Below are positions 58,701-64,000 of a stretch of DNA of 64,000 nucleotides, piece by piece. Each line of letters begins with the position of its first letter. Position 1 is the first letter of the stretch. The position numbers and the translations under genes are program-made. This DNA is from Clostridia bacterium (lineage in GTDB: Bacteria > Bacillota > Clostridia > Christensenellales > CAG-917), in NCBI GenBank assembly GCA_045613765.1, contig JAZLBO010000022.1, positions 15,854 to 79,853 of the forward strand. Direction: 5' to 3'. The notes beneath the pieces are model-generated. The model was not told where the DNA came from, ran no database searches, and saw nothing but the letters and a program-made list of their open reading frames with translations.

Positions 58701-61700
58701 CTGATTCAATACCTTCGGGATCATAGACGAATTCGCCTCTTGCTGCATTGTAATAGTAGTTGCCATTTTCGTTTTCAAAGTAATGGCTATAACGGTATTC
58801 AGGAGCAACATAGTTTTCACTGCCGGGTGTTCTTTCGTCTTGTGTCATTTCACGGTATTCACCGCTTTCCATATAAACACCCACGAGTGTATGTGTATCT
58901 GATACTGTATATTTTTCGTTGCCGTCAACAACAACCTTATCTGCTGTTGTTTGGACAATCATTGATGCGTTGATGTATGAAAGGATTTCACTGATTGTTG
59001 CAAAATCAAGGTTTTGGACTGCACCAGCAATGACGTTGATGATGTCTGTGACACTCATTTCTGAGTTGATATTGCCCATTTCATCATTGAAACCACATTG
59101 ACGCAAGTAGTTGAGAAGTGCTGCAAACTTGACTTCAACTGTCAAGACAACTTCAATCTTACGTGCAACGTCGCCATTTGCATCTGAAACTGCACTGATG
59201 ATGAGTGCAAGTTCTTCAGGATCCATTTGGGGGAACAACCATTCAAGAACTGCTGTCATATCAATATCACTGCCCTTGACAAATCTTGTTGTAAGGTCAA
59301 CTGATTCTGTGATGACAATTCTGTCAAGTTCTGTGACTTCGGTGTATTCCTTCAAGTCTTCTGCTGTCAAGTGATATTCGTGTTCTGATGTGAACTTGAC
59401 GTCAACGTCTTTCACTGCAACCATAAGGTTGACTGCTGTATCGTATTCGTTCAAGTTGCCTGCGCCATCACTTTCACGTCTAAAGTACTTGGTTGTAGGA
59501 TCGTCATTTGCGCTTGCTTTTTCACGGACGTAAACCACTGAAGGTCTTGCCCCATCGGGTGCGAGTGCTGTGTATGATTCGCCCTTTTCAATGTAAAGTT
59601 GTCTGCCCTTGTGGTCAGGATTGCTTTCATCATAGAGTACGAAGAAGTAGTCGCCTTCAACAAGAACTGTGCCGTCATAGTCAACTTCTTCAAGGACGGG
59701 TTCGTCAACTGCAACATAACGGCTGCCTTCCATCATGAACTTGACTGTTGTGTCAAGTGCCAATGCATCATCAAATGCTGCGTTGATTTCTGCTGATGCA
59801 AGGATCTTGTCTGTGATGTACTTGTCAAGGTCAAGACCTTCCACGAGCATATCAATGACTGAACGGATGAGTTTGTTGCTGATTGAGATTGTAAGTTTAC
59901 GCTTGCTGATGAGAAGGAGTGCATCTGCTTCGTCTTCTGCCACAGGTGCTGCTGCCATTGCTTCACTGCTTGCATCGTTCTTGGGAAGTTCATTTTCTGT
60001 GTAAATGTCTTCGTCAAGAAGTCCACCCAGTGTTTCGCTGATGAATTCTGCCACTGCAGGTGACGTGATGCTGAGTTTAGGCACGTTGAAGTAAGGTGCA
60101 TCAAGGAAGAACTTGCCACTGAAATAGTAGATGCCAATCCAGAGATTGTCTGCGCCTGTTTCTGCAATGTTATAGATTTCGATTGCCACTTCACTGTTTG
60201 CCATTTCTGCAAAGTCAACAACGAGAGATGTGTCAACACGGAAGTGTGCTGATGAATAACCCTTTGTTGTTGTGGGCATTTCGAGCATCAAGCCTTGGAC
60301 GTTGCCAAGAACATTGCTTACGATTGTGCCAAGGTCAATTTGACCTTCTGTGATGCCAAGGTCAATTTCCACTGATGCCTTGACTGACACTGATGTTTCA
60401 TAGAAAGGTACGATGGGGACGTACTTACTTGCATCATCTCTGTCTGTTTCGTTGAGAATATAGTCAGGGATAAGTGCTGTGCTGTTGCCACCGATTTGGA
60501 GTTCAAGGCCACCGACTGCAAAGCCGAGTTCAACGCCGTTGACGTCAAGGTTCAAACCAAATGAGAAATCTTTGATTTCTGTGTATGACTTGACATAGCG
60601 ATAGTAGTCGCCTTCTGCATCAATAACGTAACCTTGATATCTGTCTGCAAAGCCTGCAACGGGTGCAAACTTGCCACTTCTACGGACATAGTATTCTGCA
60701 TTTGCATCGTAGTGATCTGCGATATCTTCTGCTTTGACAAGGTTATAACTGCCGTCAACAAGTACGTAGAGTGAGTATTTTTCTGCATCAAAGTATTCAT
60801 ACTCAGGTGTGCCATCAACTTCGCCAACTTCTACTTTTGCATATCTGCCGTCGTAGTTGTTGTCTTTCCAAGTGATTTCATCATAGTATGTATATCTTTC
60901 GTTCAAAGGAAGGATGAGTGTGTAGATTTCCTTTTCTGCATTTTCTTCTTCTACAAGGATTGTCTTTTGCTTGTAGATTGCTTCTGCGCTGTCTTCTGCT
61001 TCTGCAAATGTGACACTGTATCTTACTGTGCCTTCTGCAAGTGCATTGACATCGTCAATGTAGAGATAGTAATCCTTTCCGTTGATTGTTTGCTTGTAGT
61101 AGTCACCGTTTGCATCTTCTTGTGCAGATGAAACAAAGTATTTTGCGCCTGTATAAAGTTCTGCAAGGACTTCTTTTTCAAGATCTGCATCTGCAGGATC
61201 AAAGAATTTTGCATATTCATACTTGCCCATTTCTGCATTGAGTGAAACTTCAAGGCTTTCAAAAATGTCAAGGATTGAGCCCATATCGGGGAGCAATGTT
61301 GCAATGATCACTGAAAGGAGTGTCTTGCTGATGAGCACTTGACTTGCAGTATTTGAGTAGATGAGTGAAATGACTGCACCTCTTTCTGCATCAACTGTTT
61401 CATCACTTGCTGCCATTGCTTCTTCTGTTGCAAGACCTTCGAGAAGGCTCATAACAAGTTCAACGAAGTTGGGCACTTTTGTATATGCTGTTGAGAGATT
61501 GTAAAGGCCTGTGCCGTCAATGTACAAGTCACCTCTGTAGAGATAGACGCCACCGAGAGCAACAAAGTCGCCGTTTGCATCTCTTACAGGAGTTCCCTTG
61601 TCATCTGTACGGAGAATTTCAAGAGCAAATTCGATTGTATCAAGGTCGCTTGTTGCAATAAATTCTGCAAGCATTGCTTCCACATTGTCGCCACCTGCAA

Positions 61701-64000
61701 GAAGTGCGCCAATGTTGAGTGCACTAAGGTCGCCTTGGAGTGAAATTCTTGCTGCAACACCGTCGTGGAATGCACCTGTTGTCTTTGCTTGGATAAGAAG
61801 GTCTGCGATATAGTTTTCAACAAGACCACCAAGTTCAAGTGTGGCAACGTCTTCACTGTCAAAGTTGATCATGACGTTCATGCCAACACCCAAAGTCATT
61901 GTGCTGAGGTTTTCATCCATAGGATACTTCTCGGGGTCAATGATTGACATGAGAAGGTCAATGTATGATGAGATTTCTGTATAGTCGTTCTTGTCAAGTT
62001 GTGAGAGAACGGGGCTATAATCTTCGTCTGCAACAGAGAGTGTCATACCTGCACCCATCTTGATGGTCATGCCTGTGCCTGACACTGTGGTGAGGTTCAT
62101 TGCAAGACTATGCTTGCCGTCCATTGTTGCATCGTTGAGTTTGATGAAGATACCACTTTCGCTTTCATCAAGATTGAACATATCAAGACGAATGTCTTGT
62201 CCTGTGATGAGTGATGCGATATCTGCAATGAGAGTTGAGTTGAGAAGGATATCAATTCCGTCAAATTTGTTGTACCAGAATTCGTCGCCTTCTTGGTATG
62301 CATTGCCACCCATACCGATTGCAGTGCTCTTGATGATGATGCGCTTGATGAACTTGTTGAGATAGTCAACAATGCCGGGTGCTGCAACTTCTTCGTCGGC
62401 GGCGGCTTGTGCTTCTTCTTCGCCACCAAGGACGCCAAACATATCAAGGATATCGCCAAGGTTGAACTTCACTTGAGGTCCTTTGAGATCGCCAAGGTTG
62501 ATGTAGAGATCGCCACCCAAGAGATAGATGCCGATTGACACTTCATCTGCTTCGCCATAGTTGAAGACCATTTCAACTGCCACTTCAAGTGCGCTCAAAA
62601 TTGTTTCAACGTCAAAGTTGAAGTTTTCAATGTCAAGTTTTGTAAGCAAATCACTTACACCAAGGACGCCAAGATCAACACTGCCTGAAACACGGAAGAC
62701 CACTGTTTCGCTGATAGGATCGTTCAAGTACATTTCAAGACCAAGTCTGTCAATGATTGCGCCAACAAGGTTCTTCACTGTGCCTTCTTCAAGACCTACG
62801 AGAAGGTTTTGGACTGCATCAAGGCTGAAGATTGTGTCAACCAAATCGCTGTAAACAAGAGGATCTTTGACGTACAAGCCGTTGGGATCTTGTGCATAAG
62901 TTCCGTCGGATTCACGACGTGAATATCTTTCATCGTCGCTGTAAAGTTTTGCTGTTGCTTCGTCAACAAGGATATAGGTGTCTGCAAAGTTGAATTGAAT
63001 TTCAAATTCAAGTTCAAATGCAACCTTTTCATTGTTTGCATAGTTGTTGAATCTGTCTGCACCGTTTTCGCCACCAACATATCTATAATATGTTGTTCCG
63101 TTATTTTCAAGTGTTCCTGTATAACGGACGTACATGCCATCTTCTTTTACGAAGACCTTGTCGGTTTCTGTGTTGACGTATGCGTATTCAACTGCACTGA
63201 TAACTGTGTAGTTGCTGTCGTTTTGATAGTGATAGATGCCGTCTTCAAGTCTTGCAGTGACAGAGTCAAGTCTTGTTGCTGCAATTCTGGGATTACGGAC
63301 ATTGATTGATGCGTTGACAAGGTCACTTGCAAAGTCAAATGACAATGAGCCACCTGCAAAGTCAACGTCAAAGTTGAGTTCAATGCCAAGTTCGGGGAGT
63401 TTCTTGATTGCTTCGCTGATATTGATATCGCCAAGGACTGAACCACCTTCTTCACTTGACATAACAAGTTCAACCACAAATGCAAGGATGCCAACAAGGG
63501 TTTGTTGTGTGATTGAAAGTGAAATTCTTTCACTTGCGATTGCAAGGACGATTTCAAGTGCTTCTTCACTGGTCATTGTTGCACTTTCTTCGCTTGCTGC
63601 CATGGCTTCGCCATCTTCTTCTGTTTCAGACCCAAAGATTGCACTGATTGTTTCAACAATCCAAGTTGAAATGCCAGTGTTTTCAATCATAAAGTCTTCA
63701 TTTGACAAGATGCCCATGTCAACGTAGAGTTTTCTACCTTGCAAATAGATGCCAATGATTGTGCTGTCTGCTGCTGCGTTTGTGCCTGCAACAAGGTTCT
63801 TGATTTCAATCACCAATTCTGTTTCTTCGGGATTGTCAAGAGAGATATTTCCTGCGATCAACATTTCAATGTTGACAAGCATATCCTTTTCAATTTCAAC
63901 GCCGATTGCAAGTGCAAAGTCTGCCACAAATGCTGAAACGATATCATTGATGGGCAATTCATCATTTTCAAAGTCTTGTGTGTCGCAGATTTCAAGGCTC
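43714..64000 (-). CDS. giant acidic modular protein, >6,760 aa, 5'-partial (runs off the window). Probable secreted/surface protein of unknown family
   Basis: ORF track gives 43714..63957 (6,747 aa). The 14 codons from 63958 to 63999 are also sense in frame (..SLEICDTQDFENDE-), so the ORF is open at the edge and the track's Met is a TTG artefact. Content is repeat modules plus Ig-like repeats. Confidence 0.9.
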   Translation of the reverse strand, partial: SLEICDTQDFENDELPINDIVSAFVADFALAIGVEIEKDMLVNIEMLIAGNISLDNPEETELVIEIKNLVAGTNAAADSTIIGIYLQGRKLYVDMGILSNEDFMIENTGISTWIVETISAIFGSETEEDGEAMAASEESATMTSEEALEIVLAIASERISLSITQQTLVGILAFVVELVMSSEEGGSVLGDINISEAIKKLPELGIELNFDVDFAGGSLSFDFASDLVNASINVRNPRIAATRLDSVTARLEDGIYHYQNDSNYTVISAVEYAYVNTETDKVFVKEDGMYVRYTGTLENNGTTYYRYVGGENGADRFNNYANNEKVAFELEFEIQFNFADTYILVDEATAKLYSDDERYSRRESDGTYAQDPNGLYVKDPLVYSDLVDTIFSLDAVQNLLVGLEEGTVKNLVGAIIDRLGLEMYLNDPISETVVFRVSGSVDLGVLGVSDLLTKLDIENFNFDVETILSALEVAVEMVFNYGEADEVSIGIYLLGGDLYINLGDLKGPQVKFNLGDILDMFGVLGGEEEAQAAADEEVAAPGIVDYLNKFIKRIIIKSTAIGMGGNAYQEGDEFWYNKFDGIDILLNSTLIADIASLITGQDIRLDMFNLDESESGIFIKLNDATMDGKHSLAMNLTTVSGTGMTIKMGAGMTLSVADEDYSPVLSQLDKNDYTEISSYIDLLMSIIDPEKYPMDENLSTMTLGVGMNVMINFDSEDVATLELGGLVENYIADLLIQAKTTGAFHDGVAARISLQGDLSALNIGALLAGGDNVEAMLAEFIATSDLDTIEFALEILRTDDKGTPVRDANGDFVALGGVYLYRGDLYIDGTGLYNLSTAYTKVPNFVELVMSLLEGLATEEAMAASDETVDAERGAVISLIYSNTASQVLISKTLLSVIIATLLPDMGSILDIFESLEVSLNAEMGKYEYAKFFDPADADLEKEVLAELYTGAKYFVSSAQEDANGDYYKQTINGKDYYLYIDDVNALAEGTVRYSVTFAEAEDSAEAIYKQKTILVEEENAEKEIYTLILPLNERYTYYDEITWKDNNYDGRYAKVEVGEVDGTPEYEYFDAEKYSLYVLVDGSYNLVKAEDIADHYDANAEYYVRRSGKFAPVAGFADRYQGYVIDAEGDYYRYVKSYTEIKDFSFGLNLDVNGVELGFAVGGLELQIGGNSTALIPDYILNETDRDDASKYVPIVPFYETSVSVKASVEIDLGITEGQIDLGTIVSNVLGNVQGLMLEMPTTTKGYSSAHFRVDTSLVVDFAEMANSEVAIEIYNIAETGADNLWIGIYYFSGKFFLDAPYFNVPKLSITSPAVAEFISETLGGLLDEDIYTENELPKNDASSEAMAAAPVAEDEADALLLISKRKLTISISNKLIRSVIDMLVEGLDLDKYITDKILASAEINAAFDDALALDTTVKFMMEGSRYVAVDEPVLEEVDYDGTVLVEGDYFFVLYDESNPDHKGRQLYIEKGESYTALAPDGARPSVVYVREKASANDDPTTKYFRRESDGAGNLNEYDTAVNLMVAVKDVDVKFTSEHEYHLTAEDLKEYTEVTELDRIVITESVDLTTRFVKGSDIDMTAVLEWLFPQMDPEELALIISAVSDANGDVARKIEVVLTVEVKFAALLNYLRQCGFNDEMGNINSEMSVTDIINVIAGAVQNLDFATISEILSYINASMIVQTTADKVVVDGNEKYTVSDTHTLVGVYMESGEYREMTQDERTPGSENYVAPEYRYSHYFENENGNYYYNAARGEFVYDPEGIESVGMTRYAYDATYYYNNPNGDYRRERGGLFLDLSYLNLPSFYVNSDSIRSTVNDHIGEVESILGSLLGSLENGGSEAQTAEGITDTIDNAIPLLDDELAEYVTAFLVGVRMTSTFVQIVVNSNFINEVLSLVFAGSDTGLQFNENDFTKEPYVQLNTDRAVYYYESALTAEESNSDMRFFIEDGVTNGNYALVDGVYVAKADLTDAELEAYQGEFYSIKAYDTYLKVLTSTGHYYQSLSKASAIEKARAEMSGDNFKYYSKTGTTNFEDAYYHVGGGKYAVASFDSSANNEYYVFSAIDEADMLVSYPAKYERKPIMSVMVYLWEYEIGVNVGFPEISVEGFNYVLADENTPAGDRYYIVPEYAYTFVGSVDTKDEWIVKESIVGTTADGLDIVGNYNDNVRYFYYQGEYYAINAESLYVIDASGNYVPASTVYTEVDFADGEMVDFMADGRTFFINFELAELGIKRYEEITTNALYKQVWYRDSYVRADGTEPAGTVYYQRATVENVVSRATHKMELAEIENNGEYVWNWNENAFVLGTSLTSADGKVKELYDADRLATYTAEQTTFSVYDSWTRSYMPVGEYLATYFTTKDWEVNTDSTLEKVKHLALYESGEEIKYVDSDDMFFIALTVRGGLSVSGYYDYMTVEDYLALVNTGKSASEQITEADIDPSLRYTFVQGNYEQYNNGEYVLYSTGVEESLGSVLGGIVGDLDNAMIRVLEGFTEEMLFEIKINISYRIDWKPEIKLNIFDLDLAIDVWRRENDGENYQDGTLTHMVGIYYNHDIDTGEAALYLDLEWMLGEGGKLAVDMSAYSIEELIAGILSGEIALGGSEASTAEASAAEGLVDGYANPALAGVYINIYTRKLTLAITKGFVEVLLQLLGVELGDMLPNFDTRVNLTLNPYTAGVNINLYNEDGTKGILTIGLETQLFNGTENSSTIDFGTMEDFNSRIEIYKGSIEVDGDVADNHIFYYGNFVRDDNASYEEAYVKIGNAIGELKAQGEIIPEDAVDVGNGVYHTDRKYYVKATEVYATESAFNSAVQTGILVYKRAEVRYAEVNNDSVFNVVISKANYIDMLNCWNITDKEYVVENIINSGTMEYVAPSRRYNIVGGVAVKAEGADFTHIEISPKATSIYARYISVYRAFETIEKYYIPAWDKDESGSLYYYDGDVRKEVEYDANGIAINLDTNETYYKAVDDFTNYNTIMSVDLGQIISGGEIDIFEMLKDLGTVELDMSLAIDLRLSDVINWTEQMTQFLSTELYDYFEFILASTDWDNGNFGANIGLVIDMKAKLNVQNLLDYVQNGGDIINALKGVELYFNITCTTNYFNENATIEVWMNIDNDGKLNLYMNLEELDKIVGLGDFFSKVKFEGLEIASLLGSLMDSEAQSSAETLGFEELGIENVTSSTGIIPEDIFGIVEMVLGQVLFGHDIIAIGFNDKLLVDLVKMLAPNFEGADYLPKLEITEDANTSGIVINLGGGSPSVGINLGFVVGYESYAEVSEYANYNGVKFSLVDDQYVVDGNGTHVKVSSDKYALVDYANSAWTGDRYVLEADGTTFTKVFSGFETAEAGYTGQRYELKNGQYVVSENGTLKKSANEFTLNADGKGAFVMLTAEDLAATKLTRYASYGTDGNRYLPVNSYEKLVGKTVADDRASYDVTTAGDYLLIGDLSLNMKVYGLGLYTNRDSLNIAQEDGEYVDADGKKVVDYADITKSTLNLTMAMDVSYYGSAKIGEEDNVIDLSEILDLVFGLVAPTSDMAGSTLRLNIINDMGSAEYPSAQVKLGAYIDLNNFGATEIAFEVVQYDKNGNVLDQPIVAIYLANDNVYIDASTILGETGKIYLGELGLGAMLDEILGGILNPTETVEDGEAMAATSTVAGGLSLHDWAFLQAMIHPQYFSLTLSMATINAIINRIYSEQGKELGNVLPNLGEVMFDSYGYAPVNGVDERPYIASFNIKMSDGFYASADVVNLEFGMHKKEGFGTTSLYEVYNSANATHKALGDRFVELTGDELLNYQGQTYDKQADGSYTESANGKYKYAGTRYNKVEAGYALAEAGYEGQRYAKVGSEYVTSKDGEYKYVEEHYVLDRNGDHVIAYTEAYNVTTGQIGIETISLTLEVSMTLSSEGITKYDSNGKLNPEYSETFVGWLESLILSFVGEIDLLKNTEFIITLPQRPITINVDVEADINVPALLTKGIAGIMYSDFAIDITIDDILPNKSFLAIYYLGSTGLKKNGNVYDLVATTDVNKIFADSLYIDATGLGLGLINFHGLAGILNPMNTDPNSGSAGMDLEGLLGGMIASESEASSTAEDATASATTGGVDIQLDIQEGYIGFKADSALINTLISLLGLDLGDMLDGFPIQQISAGINYDLNQGLSATTVNTTIVLDRHNTVLGVDISGISASINKPLIDVNAKVNELKGAKIGLALSSTAGMMATVQSVIESLNPALKITIDKRVWTATVDGAILSTSNNVITENVATRVELIGTRANVTRDGVTTNRLTFKASMTHPNRRDGSGAMGASIDFFNNSLYITDFDFLGDTLNSLLGSLVSGFPLTNTDGSHFIALTSNKDGDQYTYSYPASEAMSSGEESDSAATYSYPLSLEGLLKKVEMNLFNSNGYVPYYSGMKALDPSKADDTRYMSIKVTLNKNSYNELLVFVYTMVLGLLQEKMDGLTNTGIDSHSDRHYFVDMAKLAVNNGNGITSSGESWSADRSLGANKKGYIASIFDQLSKAGNTAARVNILEPLVRSLPTAMTKWVLDDVVEKMVGTAAFGAASGLANGVVANISKLIASILPIPFAQAGAADPTLCIYIDINPNKTDYGFASNSTFKMYSGIQAIELYVNSSKTKAGTVVNTYTNHGIYKGQNNLGKTYGYSGGVVELSSLDNASTSDNFFGSGMYNGGWDYFVLRMNPYDNDGSGSNNTAMLGFMEVSKVEETTIGDQVSSPPEKIIVTDIATRAATADGKPITLNESALENPSIFPQKAKVTWANGTGKGYDSVGSTNPGDTNYLGGTTIIWDASTIDFSAAELTSSGEYLAGHVYGYVLNKVMYAIPVYTTTAYALTNVYAYTQSGSTFNQSAINIDINADSNKYNPSMPDLVRIKFQNGKVYTFGTVLTDINGDMVYARAKGNKVLDNDVNGNQKVNIHGNKYKIEYAYTAGLKYTVATASDISSFNAGALTMGLYTKLADRYVAVAVGSAVEGGTYYKVVTETVEGVEYAVLDYNKLPTGKNFPVGWIAYDEYTFNWEGGAVDVNFEYQWGFSAVAESSVTVSVKGYEIDPAKIANFSTTTSANATDADKRTNFTSFDAFGDLDSILADASLNNSIAEYIKTFVYVNGKYTSGQYQDLSVSWDLTNLEKRLEEIKVVGADGSVSYDYYKGIDVTVTALVGANVFRYVTGYDDNGDPIYGFVGDGDLTAGNGAIAQKVSVPVKIAGRVFSSLETESLTFDTYSSDVINGESFATNIKAIFEGTDKPVVLDSSSLTITAPFVKVDGEYSLIAEGVTREQFSYLGYEGQDLYAKLDIGTEKSGKQTIYVPINVTAMTANVYRLTVNREHTLDPEWYNLSDEYNILTINFKEKGTPDHTMKPDWSTVKYYSNATYTKEVDNIFKGGTFYATVEANPCDADGNLLVDANGVPYGAHNGQAQVIKLRLTVPQKDIKSIKFLANTSNVDMITSGAIDTLSQATLEDINNYTASGYAEYVLDGKTYNLSTYHYILNSENYFRVGEWGDYRNGTAVAITYTTDGVQYTEMAFVRDWNLGGFTVNSVGGDRYAIATVGAQEFRVKLATPSLAITEMTLEGDSSVKFFGGNTTLTGLNFVNEVPSFEYNVFKAWQLPTTVTVKGEQVATTMTNVKVNWIDDSTPGSLATDFVEENGKMVFRTDENGAYVIREVQFYNEGSIVYPARDSFEVKIYLVGDNGETIVSGAENVDTILTAPKNLNLIYNAFGEFSLPTVADVVYNDGTPTKEGVPVVWSAGAPTTDEIEAGTFTRTAYIGANIMSAEYTFAVAYAYEVEGLGTAGDLAYTLTADKFYNGLPTSATIYPDKESKSVSYIAKLNWKVKYDNNGNITSGLNEDGTVNVEISANGVKLETKVMLSVSATKIAYADVNMTETFVIDPLGVETTLFGKGAQQVLATVGTAADGTEIYEVVTVNADYTLPQDLFTNTVNYFGKTLAFDITFTYPGGSQKMTVNCEVMDRTIDKIVNPMYRSITVDPYRYDTFREGGLGLPLEIEAYLSDGTVATFVPEWPDDSLISAKGYENPGYMVTFRSYALSTDGTYVKYTYMSNGIEITRYGTVAEADAVGGTYDDSRYVMGATQQVNIPVVVLSREVSSAEFVTPEFEKATRTDSRSSYTIKYVGTDTTLGNLVDVVYSAKTNMPTEVIFYNGFAVAGTTMPNEIDITFAKTGEVKRYYVVLDGIDQLSQNFDVTVTNEYKVTARVYPNSTMDFELFSFELTFTVKKVSVTRHNSTIASHNMSNDLLYDSFEVYEDADNGNSVYNTNNYLATTTFYPDGKFISLEEWNKVASNSYRMSRYMTTGEYLYKVLGNGTVVDGRVAVDGNGDRIGTPTYYQYDSTTKTYTVVDVQGTARNTYVFVYTVSQQLEVDWNANQTALSVKGGDNYVYATVSNGGASTEVKVPIFVLDGTAVAISADATDFVDSDAVSSYMEVTDNTLTFTFDPFVTPNVFEQLSTGNYKYFPARATITVEGGNTVNVPVTWDFGIAKVNCQGGTYNITAILDGSEFGVGTQSVRARLVIIDRTAVGIVESANSGLTSNVGYMWQDSTGKTQTYINPYEYYSSTLSLPNSLTVEVKTATGTEQITFSTTNNTYKLAWSMRDFRPTYTGGITYLTAVLTGPDGSSQNLNIPFLVQKMTVSKITTVYYVDEERVASPKIKATRYSTGAYTSAVVNGVASVGYNLSLGSFPKGLKVTFTVENPVVDSEGNVTFVAATNGGTGWEKHANGDKFSKVFAYVSTIMPTTVTSNAVINVQIGSGERVKITIAG
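50926..63609 (-). repeat. >=10 copies of a large (~280-760 aa) unclassified repeat unit, delimited by acidic Ala/Ser linkers, within the giant ORF
   Basis: Linkers lie at 63595-63609, 62377-62424, 61408-61422, 59950-59964, 58462-58494, 56173-56217, 54521-54559, 53089-53103, 51751-51813 and 50926-50973. Each is preceded by an IGIYLxGxxLYID-type hairpin and an LLGxL helix. Confidence 0.7.

Noticed and set aside
43727-63936. Dozens of 60-190-aa ORFs on the plus strand and in the off-frames of the minus strand across the giant gene (for example 48708..49220, 49413..49967, 53874..54437)
   Set aside because: All are nested inside, or antisense to, one continuous 20-kb frame with coherent repeat structure. 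Their translations are low-complexity (S/T/Q/L/C-rich), and none has an RBS or recognisable motifs. They are by-products of the strong codon bias of the giant ORF.
1-64000. CRISPR arrays, rRNA operons, intact prophage/integrase, and known defence-system signatures (RT, Cas, restriction-modification, TIR/STAND ATPases)
   Set aside because: I looked for regularly spaced direct repeats and for hallmark motifs in all ORF translations and found none. The only mobile-element trace is the IS30 remnant, and the only phage trace is the MuF-tip gene.

Overview
64-kb chromosomal window from a low-GC, spore-forming Firmicute. It looks Clostridia-like: spmA/spmB, a split transketolase, and a KOW-domain gene between map and infA.

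(i) 1-16.4 kb is a mix of housekeeping and accessory genes on both strands:
- split transketolase
- an orphan NYN-domain gene
- a 5'-truncated IS30 transposase remnant
- a heterodimeric ABC exporter
- a YunG-like gene
- an ECF sigma/anti-sigma pair bracketed by two diverged paralogous small genes that each carry a consensus promoter
- a MuF-C-terminus/toxin-like gene plus a tandem DUF4926-like gene, next to tRNA-Ser(GCU)
- small membrane proteins and a TtcA-like PP-loop ATPase

(ii) 16.4-32.0 kb is a complete S10-spc-alpha ribosomal super-operon on the minus strand, rpsJ to rplQ. It contains 32 genes including secY, adk, map, infA, rpmJ and rpoA. Several r-proteins carry unusual extensions, and L24 has a C4 zinc ribbon.

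(iii) 32-43.4 kb contains:
- two coding-free AnTn-tract-rich stretches flanking an orphan 387-aa gene
- rsmA and a radical-SAM/TatD/metG block
- spmAB
- a ~400-nt GC-rich structured intergenic element that is colinear with a shorter inverted copy at 12.8 kb
- a YdjI/YdjG-like SPFH plus zinc-ribbon pair

(iv) 43.7-64.0 kb is one uninterrupted minus-strand ORF of more than 6,760 codons, still open at the window edge. Its N-terminal two-thirds consist of at least 10 copies of a very large repeat unit that I cannot assign to any named family. Its C-terminal third is an array of Big_4-like Ig modules. This giant gene is the stand-out candidate for something undescribed.

No CRISPR array, rRNA gene or intact mobile element was seen.
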